64,000 nucleotides of DNA from Raillietiella orientalis (taxonomy: Eukaryota): NCBI GenBank assembly GCA_036172245.1, contig JAYWIR010000015.1:2728001-2792000 (forward strand), given 5' to 3'. The notes below the pieces were generated by a model, which made no database searches, was not told the origin of the DNA, and worked only from the letters and a program-made list of their open reading frames with translations. Positions 49,691 through 60,357 of this stretch are shown piece by piece; positions within the stretch are counted from its first letter, which is position 1; the number at the start of each line of letters is the position of its first letter. The translations under genes and the position numbers were made by a program.

Positions 49691-51469
49691 CCCCGAGGCG
49701 ATGGGAAGTTCGCCCGAGTCCGCGCCTGCCGCCGCCGCTCCCGCCGTTCCCCCTCCCCCTTTCCTTCACCCGAACCCGAACTCCCTCCGCTCCTCTGACG
49801 TCCTTCGCTGGAGTCCGCTCTTCGCTCCCTCACTGCCCTTTCCTCCTCCTTCCTTTACGCAGAGCGAGTCCCGGAAGCGGACGCGCGGACACGGCTCAGG
49901 GATGGGAAAGGGGAGGGGCCGGGAGGAAGCTGGGGAAGCAATACCGGGCCTCTCTCCACGATCCTTCCCTCGGAAGCAGCCGGAGTTTCCACAAAGGGTT
50001 GCCAGGGCAGCCCACGGGACGAGTCCCATCTCCAGACGCGCGCGCGGGCGTGCCCACCTCAGAGCCCGAGATAGGGCATCCCCGGGACCACCACTGCTCT
50101 CCCTGGGGAGACTGCTGGACGACGACACTCCGAGCGCGCGCAGAGGTCACTACGACAAGAGTACTCGGCTCGTGGAGTCTCCCCCTCTGCCGACCTCCCC
50201 CGATCCTCTACCGCCATCGCTGCCTATCCCCTGACCACGGGAATGTGTGACCACTGAGCAGGGAGGGGTAGGGACGCGAAAGGAAGGAAGAGCAGAGGTG
50301 CTAACGGGGAAGGCGGCCCCCAGAATCAGGGAGTTTGTAGCCCCCTTGGGGGGAGCGATGAGCCCTTTTCCGGTATCCGTCCCCTGTTTTACCCCTCTCA
50401 CCCTTGTTTTCTCTTTTCGCACTCCCCGTCTGTACCTACGGGCATCCGTTCGCAAATCCTGGAGACGACCGGGAGCTCGTGGAAAACGGTCCTTCCTTCT
50501 CCGGTCAGTTTCCTTGGAGACTGCCCTCCTCTGCCTGCTTTCGGCGTTGAGGGCTTTGGCCTCCTCTCCTACTGCGTCTCTGGTCCCTTGCTCCCGATCT
50601 CACCCCATTCAAGCGCTCCTGGGGTCACCTTCTCCTTCCGCCAGTGGTCGCACGCAGACGTAGGAAAGAAGGGGAAAGCGGTGGCAACATCTCCTCGGGG
50701 AATTCATGAGCCCACCTTTTCCCTTGCTCCGTCTCTTTCCCTACCCCCTGTTTGGAGATCCTAACACTCTCCGAAACAGAAGAGACCGCGGAAAACCCTC
50801 AAATAAAACTCCCTGATGATCACTCCCTCCATCTTCTACCTTCAGCGCCATCTTCCGAGCCGACCGGAAGTCACCGTGAGCCAGTCGAGGAGGCTTCGTG
50901 CTCGGTGCCTCATCGAAGGTTGCCTTTCTCCGCAACCCAGAGACGAGGACGGTAACCAAGGGGACCGTCCAGTCCTCCAGGACCATCGCCTTCCCTTTTC
51001 CCCTTCGCGAGAGCTTTCCTGCGAGATCTGTTCACCTGTGGCGGATGGGGACTGCACCCCCGACTCCCGCAAAACCGGACAGTCTCCGTGGATCTGGTCC
51101 CCTCGGGGAGGTTTGGCGTGGCTGCGATCCCGAAGGAGCACCCATCTCCCTTCCGTTCCCAAGCTCCGCTCGGGAGTAATGCCGCTGAGAATCACAGGCG
51201 CACCGGGAGATCTATCTGAGCTTCTCCGATGGGGTTGCCCAGGTGAAAAAGGCTGGGAAGGAGGGTAGGGCGAGGAATGAAGGCGCGCGGCTCTCACACG
51301 GCTTCTGGTGAAGCCAGTTGGACCGGTGATCCCGACGGGATCGACGCATCCCGTCGTCCCCGTATCGCCACCCTGCTACCGAGCGTTTCCCAGTCTCTTC
51401 TCGTCTCTTCCCGTCGAAGAGGCTCTTAGGCTCCTGGATGGATTTAGGAGCAACCCGTTTCCGCATCGC

Positions 51470-52729
51470 GTAAACAAATCCCCTCGTCGTTGCCAGGGAA
51501 GAGAGGCGCCTCTCTCCCCGGGGAAAGGAGGAAAAGAAGAGAATTCCTGGCACTCGGCGGACCCCGCGAAGAGACGCGACGACTTCCGATCCTTTCCCGT
51601 CGTACCGGAAAAAGGAAGAGCGGGTCAGGGAGGGAGGGAGGGGGGAGTGGAAGACACGTTCCCGGGAAGGATAGCTGGTGGTGACGAAGGCGCTTCCCCG
51701 GGTGCTCGGGAGTCCCTCCCTCCCTCTGGGACCGCCCGTAGACGCAGCGACCACGGCGCCACAGCAATGACACGGCGCACGCGCTGGCGGGCGGCCGAGG
51801 GAGGAAGGGCGGGATGCCGGAAAGGTCGGGTGAGAAGCGCTCACGGCTGACCCCGCAGCCAAGGCCGGGGCCCCCGCCGAGAAGTGACGCTTCCGTCTGT
51901 TCGCCCTTCGATAGTGGGTGTCCCTCCTGCCGGGATGTCCGATGCACCGCGGCGCTTTCCCGGTTCCTTTCTCCTCTCCCTCCCCCGAAAGCCCCGTCTT
52001 CCGGGATCAACGATCCTCCGAGCGCTCGCGCCCATCTCGGTCGGTCGGGAGGTGCGCCGGCCCGTGATTTATTTGCTTTCCCCTCGTCCCTCTCGGTCCC
52101 TCCAGGGGAACCCGATCCCGCGCGTCCCGGCTTTTCCCAAACCTCCGACGGTTACCCGAAATCCAGGACAAGTGGTAAACAAACAACAAACAGGGCACGG
52201 GATGAGAAGGTTTGGAGAGGACGGGGAGAGGGAGAGGGACGAGAGAGAGCCTAAAAGGAAGAATTAGGGAGTAGGAGGAGGACGTTCTGTTTCTCTGGTT
52301 CGAGCGCCCCCACTCGGTCGCCTCGGACGCTGCCACTCCCACCACCGGGCCGGTGGGGACGAACGAACCTCTTGCGTGAGCTCGCCCTTCTTCTCGCCCG
52401 CCGCCCGCAATGGGGAGGAGAACAAGAGGAAAAGGGGGTGGGGAGAAGGAAGGTCTCTCTCTACACGTACTCTCTGTCCTGGTCCTCCTTCTCTGGGCCA
52501 CCGAGGGACGACCGCAAGAGGGGTTCCCCAGTTGGCGGTGGCGGAGAGGGCGCGAGAGGGATGGAGCCCTCCCTTCCCTTGCACCCCTGCTTCCCCCTTC
52601 CCTTCCAGACTCCCACCAGACGTCTCGGCGCCGCTCGCGGGCGAGCGAGCGAGAGCGGACCACGCGGCTTTTACGACCGCCGAGGCTGCGCCCGGAGGTG
52701 CCGCCGCCGCCGCCGCCGCGGCTGTTTAC
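51470..52729. promoter_or_regulatory. Candidate FoxF upstream enhancer with forkhead sites
   Basis: GTAAACAAA at 51470-51478 and 52175-52183 (extended as gtaaacaaacaacaaaca), TATTTGC at ~52070, TGTTTAC at 52723-52729, TTTTACGAC at 52669-52677. Confidence 0.4.
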
Positions 52730-55700
52730 GTTACCTCGTATTGATGGCGCAACAGTCCGAGATCACCCGTGGTAACGGCCGGTCTTGCGACTGGCGGTCG
52801 GAAGACCTTGAGGCGACCGCCGGTTCCCACAAGAGGAAGGATCGCCACCAACGTGGACGCAGGGGTCGCGAAGGCGAAACGAAGGGAAGGGAAAACTGGT
52901 CCAAATTCTTCCTCCTCTCCGGAATCAATCGCGGCGGTGGCAGCACTACAGATGAATAGGGGAGGAGAAAGAGGTACCTTTTTCCTTATTTCTCCCCCCC
53001 TCTCCCGTCTTTCCCCTCCTCCCTGACCATTCACCTTTGCTTTCCGCTACTCTCCCTGCTCCACCGACCCGCGCTTCTCCAGGAGGACCCATGGCCGCCA
53101 CTTTTCTTCTCCTCTGGGCCGGGGACTTCTAAGAATCCTCCCGTTCCCTGCGGAGCCGCTCGCCACCGACTGTCCCTCCGCTGTCTCTCCACAGCCAGGA
53201 TTTTTCCAAAAGATGGTTCTTCCTGCCGCCATCACGAGGATGGCCTCCCGACAGAGTGCCGAAACCGAGGACGGGGGAGCACCACTGCGGGGGGAAAGAG
53301 GGGAGAAACGTTCGTCACTATTCCCCTCCCCCCCCCCGCCCCCAACCTCCCTTCCTCCTCCTCTCTCGCCCTCCCGCCACCTCGTGTCCTTCAAGACGGC
53401 AGGAAAAAACGTTTCGTGAGGACGAGCGCGCGCTCTCCGCTCGGTGGCGCCCCTGCTGCGACAAGCGCGCGCCGCGCCCTGCCCCCGAGGAGCGAAGTTA
53501 AGCTGCGCGAGGTGTGGCCTGCTCCCCTCTTCTACGAGGTCCACTTCTTTTCTCCACGTGGTGGCCGGTCGCTCGCCCGCCCGTAGTGTGGGTCTCCCTC
53601 CGCCCCCCTCCTCCTCCCCCACCTGCGAAGAGAAAGAGGGGAGAAAGAGAGCTGCGAAGCGGCTGGCCTCACGCACCCGAGGCTGCTGGACGGACGGCCC
53701 GGCGGGATTGCGCCGACTCGTAAAATCCGAGAGCGGTCGTAAAAGCGAATTGTTTTCCCGGCTAATCGCGTGCGGAAGTCGTTAAGATGGCGGTGCACGC
53801 CGGGTTTTACGATGCGGATGGAAATTGCTTCCCATGGTTACGAGCGCGAGGTGCCTCAGCGCGCGAAGGAAAAGAGAAAGAAAGAAGCCTCGGACCTCGG
53901 AAAGCCAAATTCCTCCTGGAGACGCCAGCCGCGCTGGCGAACACGGACGGCGCGCTCTGTGTCTTCTCCTTTTGTCTCCTCTTTTCCTCCCCCCCCCCCC
54001 CCCCCCCCCTCTTTTTTTTTTTGATTCTCTTCCTGTCTCCCGTTGTGTGGCGTGGCGACCTTCTCTTCCCTCGTGGGCGCGCACCACCCGAGAGTACGTC
54101 GGTGGTGCTCCTCCTCTTTCGAGGGCTCCTCCCTCTCTCCGTCACCCTCGTTCGTGGGACGGCAAAGCTGCCGGTCTCGGGCGTGAGTCCAGACACCGGG
54201 ACGAAGAGGAGGAAACCCCAGGAGGAAACTCGCAGCTTCTCCTCGCTGAACAGCAGGAGCACACAGAGGGGATCAAGAGAATCGCATCGTCTTCCCCTGG
54301 AAAGGTGGGGGACGGCTCTTGGTTATGAGGAGAGGAGGCAGTGGGAGGATCAAGGGACTCAGTGCAACCACGAAATCTCCGTAAGATGCAGTGATCAGAG
54401 AGGCGGAAGGGAATGGAAGGAGGAACGATCCCGAAGCGGGGGCTCTCCCGGGAAGGTCCTTGTCACTTTCTTGTCCTTGTCCTTGTTCTTGCTCCCTATC
54501 CTCTTTCTTCCTCTCGGAGGGTTGCAGCAGGTAAGTCCGTGATCCCACCCAGGTAGAGGGAGATCAGGAAGGAAGGTGGAAGATTAGGTTGGGCCACGCG
54601 GAAAAGAACTGAGGAAAGCTTCATTGTCCAGTGAACGAAGACCAGGCAGGGCAGTCGTCTTCCACTCGTTCCGCGTGATTGGGAGTGGCGACCGTGGGGT
54701 GGGACCTGAAAAAGTCGCTCTTTCCCCCTAAGAATCCTCCTCTCGGGAAGGCTCCAGCGAGGAGGAGGGAGGACCTGGAGAAGAGGCGGGGCGGCTGGCT
54801 TTCTCCGCTCTTCTCGGGAAGAGCAGTCCCTCCGAAAACTACGGCGCCGCTTCCCGAACGGCAGAGCTCACACAGGGAGGCACCGCAGTAGAGGCCCGAA
54901 AGGGCAGCTTCCTTCTCTCACGGGGCTGAGGAAGCGCCTCCATGAAGACGGTTTTCATGGGCCTTTGCTCGGAGGGAGTTCCTCCCTCCCCCGCGGCGCT
55001 CTCTGAAGATCTCTTTCGAATGGACCTTCTTCTTCCCGATAGGGAGAAACTCCTCCAAGGACTCGTGCCTGCACGCGCTCCCTTCCGCGTTTCGGGAGCA
55101 GAGATGGTAGCGGCAGTGAGGAGAACGTGCCTTTCCCCAAAAGAGCTCACCCACCCACTGGAACGCCGTTTATCCCCCTCTCGGAGCCGCAGACGTCCGA
55201 TGCTGTTCTTGTGGGAGGGAGCAGCCCTCAGGAAAGCGAGAGGGGGTCCTCCTGATCCACTACTCTCGGGTGAAGCAACCCCGAGACTCCCAGAATCCCT
55301 CCCAAACGGAAAGGAAAGGGAAAGGGGGACGCACTGAATCTGAAGGAAGCATGCTGTCCTCCTGGAAAGCCCACAGGTCCTCCCGATGCAGGAAGGCACG
55401 TCGTTCCCGGAGTGGGGGGCAAGGGGGGAAGGAACCGCGGAGGCGGCCCTCGTGTGACATCAGAAGGTTGTGTCCACAGAGCAGGCGGGATGACAGGCAT
55501 AGAGACTGATCAGGCACTCCAAGGGAAGCAGTAGAAGGGGAGGTCATCATACGGGGCATCGGGGAGACAGCTTTCCTGCTGCGCCACTACTTTCTTCGTT
55601 CTTTTACTACCTTCCAGCTTCCTCGAGATATCCCGCAAAAAGTCCTTTTCTCGGCGGTTACTGAACTTGACCTTCTGGTCATCCCTGGGACCACGCTCTC

Positions 55701-56586
55701 CATGAAGGGAGGGAGCAATAGAAGGGAAGAGGTGCAGGTGATGGCCCATCTCCCTTTCTTCCCTTCCCTTTCTTCGTTTACCTTTTCTCTCTTTTCTCTC
55801 CCCCGAGGTTTCCTTCTACCCTGTCGGCGACCTTGCCTGAAGGATGTCAGCCTCCAGCAGGCCTGCACTGGAAGGAAGAAGGCTCGGGCGTACCTGCTGC
55901 AACCACCGGGAGGAAGAGGGAGGATAGGGAGCAAGGGACAAGGACTTTCCTGGAGCTGAACGCTGCCTTCACGTCGGAACCGAAGGAGGAGGATTGTAGG
56001 TGACCACCGAGAATCCTCCTGTTCCGAGAGGGTGCACGTTCTCCTGAGGCACCGGCTGCATTTGCAGGAAAGTGCACCTGCCTTCCCAGGCGATCCCCCG
56101 AAGCACTCAGGGGAATGGACAAGCCAGGCGACTCTGTGCTCTCGAGACCAGGAGAATCAGAGAAGAAGCGATTCAGGGAAGAAAGGAAGCATCTCTTCTG
56201 GCGCCCATTCTAGCCGGGGAGAGCGTTCTTTCGGTGAGATCTCCAATGCGTGGGACCAGCGGATGGGCTCCAGCGAAGGAAGGGCAAAAGATGGACACAG
56301 CCGCGGGCGGAGGTGCCATTTTGGCTTCCTCGAGAAGAGCGAGGAGGCTGCTCCCAGGATCCTCGACCCCAAGTAAAGCCGAGAGGCTGCTCGTAAACGC
56401 GGCCGGCCTCTGGGCACAGCCATGGCGACTTCTCAGTGCGAAACGATACCAGACGCTCCCGGTGACTGGCGAAACAGAAAACACCGCCTTCCTCGAGGGA
56501 GGATCACGCCACCGCAAGCGCCGAGGAAGGGCCAAGATTCACTTGACCCCTGGCTAAACAGCGGACTCATTTCACCTCCTCTTTCT

Positions 56587-57059
56587 CCTGGAGCAACCGG
56601 CTCTCCTCCCCATCACGTCCGCTCCTCGAACTGACCGCACTGCTGACCATGCCTACGGCACACAACCGCCCCGAACGCGCTGTGTTTCTTGCTCCCTCAC
56701 TTCTCCCCTCCTTCCTTTCCTCCCTCCTCTCCCCTAACCGACGTCACTACATTGAATCGTAGAAGAGACCGATCGGGTGTAAACAGCAAAGGAAGGACGG
56801 GGAAGGACCGAGGAAGGCACGAGAAACCGTCGAAGATAAAATGGAGCAGAGAAGATGACAAAGAACTTCCGGAGGATCCGTTGGTGTGCTGACTTGGATT
56901 GTTCCCCCCTCAGAGGAACGCTATCAGAACCTTGTCAGAGGAACGCTGGAAAGAGGTGGAAGAGGAGGAACGGATTGAATAGGGGACGCCGGCGTTTGGA
57001 GCTGGGCGCCGTAGCTCCTCGTGGAAGGAAGGCTGCGAGTTCTCCGAGGAACCGCACTT
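56587..57059 (+). repeat. Dispersed direct repeat B, copy 1 (~470 bp)
   Basis: Near-identical to 59882-60357 (cctggagcaacc...gaggaaccgc(gc)actt); the ORF track shows identical 67-aa translations at 56689 and 59985. Confidence 0.92.
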
Positions 57060-59881
57060 CAAGCGGAATCCAGAGTGCATGTGTGGACATAGGGGTCCTG
57101 GATGAAGCTGGAAACGATTCAACTATGAACAAGGGATCTGGGAGGATGAAGAAGAAGCAGAAATCAGGGAGATTGGTGAGAAGGAACGGGAGAAGCTTTG
57201 ACTCTGTCACGAACCCGGTGCCAAGGGGTGGTGCATGGCCAACGGCGACGATCGCGGAGAAGAAGCCAGCTGCTCGAAAACTTGCGTCCTTCCGTCCTCC
57301 GAATGTTTCAGGACTCTATTTTGTTGCAAAAGGGGTCTTCCCCTTGCCCGGGTGTTCTCTTTCTCCCCTGAGAAGACAATTGTTGCGAAAGGCCCATCAC
57401 CTCATGAGAAAGGGCGAACTTATCTAGCCCAATCGAATAGCTGAAGAGCTCCTGTATCCCAGCGATGGATTCCAGGAAGTCCCTGAGGCCCTTCTTCAGT
57501 GGGAAGGAACTTCCTCAGCTCCTCCCCGCTTAGCGAGGATCGCCATCCCATGTTTCGCCCGCGGCACAGCAGAAGCACCACACTTCCTCGTCGCCGAGAG
57601 TGAAAAACGGGACTTTACTGACTCAGGGAACCTGCAAGCTGCCTTCACCTCTTCTCAGAGCCGGGGAGGGACACAGGCTGCATGGCGCAGGAGAGTCCAA
57701 ATCCAAGTAGGTCTCGGCCTTCCCCGGAAACGTGTGTTGTAGTCCTCTGCTGCATACAAGGAATTGTGGACAAGTGGACCGCGTCAAGAAGAGGCCACAG
57801 GAGTCGGAATGCCATCCACTGGGCAGTCATCTCCATGGAGAAGGCTTCCCGTTGTCGCCGGCTAAGGAAAATTCTGCCAGCACTTGTTTGTATCCAGAAC
57901 CAGATGCAGAGGCCCCCCCACGGCGTACTGTGATCCCTTCCCTTCCCTCCCCCCCCCCCCCCCCCATAAACATCGTCCCCCAAGCGTTTTCCTTTTTTTT
58001 TTTGTTTTTGATTTTTCTCTTTTTCCCGTCCCCTTCTCCAGTGGAGAGGACCTTACCGGCATACTGGTCGGAAAGGACAAGAGCATAAAACAGTATGAAC
58101 AATGTGTTCTGACTGGAACACAAGTACAGACGTCAGGACTATATTATAAAATAGATAATTGTATAATTTTTAATAATAAAAGCGCCGGCTTACCCGGGTG
58201 AAAATCCCCGGAAACGGAACGGTATCCGCGGGTTCTCCCTGATTGGGCTGTTCCTCCGCTGAGACGCCGGGGGATCTTCCAGGCCCTACTCGATGATTTC
58301 GCCTCGGGAAGAACGAGCAGCCCTTTTTGAAGGCAAGGGAAAGACAGGACCCAAGTCTTGGAAAGATCCGCTCTCAGATCCCTTCCTGTTTTCCCTCTTC
58401 CGCATGACCAGGAAGCCTTGGGCGCTGTATCCTCCCCAGCCCTGAGCTGGGCAAGAGGCGTCGCCGGGACAGCGTGGAGACAGGGCAAGGGATGCTTTTC
58501 CGCCGCAAGTGACCGAGGTGAGGGGTCGCTCCAGGACCGTTGTCGAGGTCGGTGGCTACTCCGAGGGTGGAGCGTGAAGAGAGTTTTAGATTAGACCAGC
58601 TAATTCGATGAGACCAGAAGACCAGATGTTAGACCAGAATTTGAAGCACCGGGAGGCTGCCTTCCGCATACCAAGCAGCACCTGATCAAAGAGCAGGGGC
58701 GGCGGCGGAAGAGGGGGATGAGACACGGAGAGTAACAGAATGCGGCAACCTGGAATGCGACCTCTTCTGAGAGTCGGAAGGGTGGAGACTTTCGATGGGT
58801 CAGGAATCAAACGGTGGGGGAGGTTTCGGGTCTCGTTCCCATCCCGAGGAAGATGAACTTGTGGGAAGACGGATGCGGGACGCTGGAGGGAGCACCCAGT
58901 CGGAAAGCAGTTTTCAGAAGCCAAGGTGCCGAAAGCACTGGGGTTCAGCGTGGAATCGGCTGGAGCTGGGGAAGCGGAGGGATAAAGAGGGATGAGGGGA
59001 GGGGAGGAACAGGGAACGACTCCAGCTTGCGTTCTGTCTTGTTCTAATGGATCTCTCTGGTTCCCCGCCACAAAGAAGAGCGCGCTTCATTTCTCGCATG
59101 TCGAGCGGCTGTCAGCCGCGGGAGAGCGCGATCTGGAGAAACCATACCCGCGCTGAGAACCGCGCGCCTCTCAGCGCTCCACTTTCATCAGGAGCGTTCT
59201 CTCCCATTAAGCGTCGCCAATAGCGACCCCGCAGCAACGGTCCGACGCGCTCGATCCGGCAACAATGCATTGTCTGCGATTGGAGCTTGCTCAAGAATGC
59301 TCCCGAGTTCTCAGCAGCAATGCGTCGTGTCGTCAGTGCCGACCGTGCGGCGCCATTCGTCCTTATCAGACAACGTATTGTTTCTGACGTTCACAAAGCA
59401 GTGCTTCTTCTTCCCGCACACGTAGCACAGGAACACACGTGCGTCCAAGGGAACATGTGTGTCAACCGAGAGCATTCAGTTACCCCCCCCCCCCTTTGGA
59501 TCTCTGCTGCGGACAGCATCCGGAACCCCATCTGCGAACGCACTGCCTTTGCTCCCGAATATTTCGAAGAAAAATTTCCACGTCTAGGAAAACCTCCTTT
59601 CCGGGACTACTTCTTTTTACTTTCTTTCCAAGGAAACGACGGCTTCCATTGGAGCGCATTTGAGGTTTGGGATCGAGAGTTTTGTCGCTGAAGGGGGTAC
59701 CAAGACAGCTTGATAATTCCACGTTCCCTCAAGGCCGAAGGAGACCTTTTTAGCTTGTCGTTCCTCGTCCTTTCATTAAGTTCTTTCCAGCCCGTCAGCA
59801 ACAAGCACCTCAGGTGCCCACTTGAGATATCCAGTGGACTTCTGTGAAAGGGAAGAGCATGTGCTCGCTGTCTTGGTTCCA

Positions 59882-60357
59882 CCTGGAGCAACCGACTCCC
59901 CCTCCCCATCACGTCCGCTCCTCGAACTGACCGCACTGCTGACCATGCCTACGGCACACAACCGCCCCGAACGCGCTGTGTTTCTTGCTCCCTCACTTCT
60001 CCCCTCCTTCCTTTCCTCCCTCCTCTCCCCTAACCGACGTCACTACATTGAATCGTAGAAGAGACCGATCGGGTGTAAACAGCAAAGGAAGGACGGGGAA
60101 GGACCGAGGAAGGCACGAGAAACCGTCGAAGATAAAATGGAGCAGAGAAGATGACAAAGAACTTCCGGAGGATCCGTTGGTGTGCTGACTTGGATTGTTC
60201 CCCCCTCAGAGGAACGCTATCAGAACCTTGTCAGAGGAACGCTGGAAAGAGGTGGAAGAGGAGGAACGGATCGAATAGGGGACGCCGGCGTTTGGAACTG
60301 GGCGCCGTAGCTACTCGTGGAAGGAAGGCTGCGAGTTCCCCGAGGAACCGCGCACTT
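59882..60357 (+). repeat. Dispersed direct repeat B, copy 2 (~470 bp)
   Basis: Near-identical to 56587-57059 with a few substitutions and small indels at the ends. Confidence 0.92.

Noticed and set aside
48810..50250. 474-aa and 423-aa plus-strand ORFs with an acidic tract
   Set aside because: Antisense read of the FoxF poly-Ser tract and GC-rich promoter.
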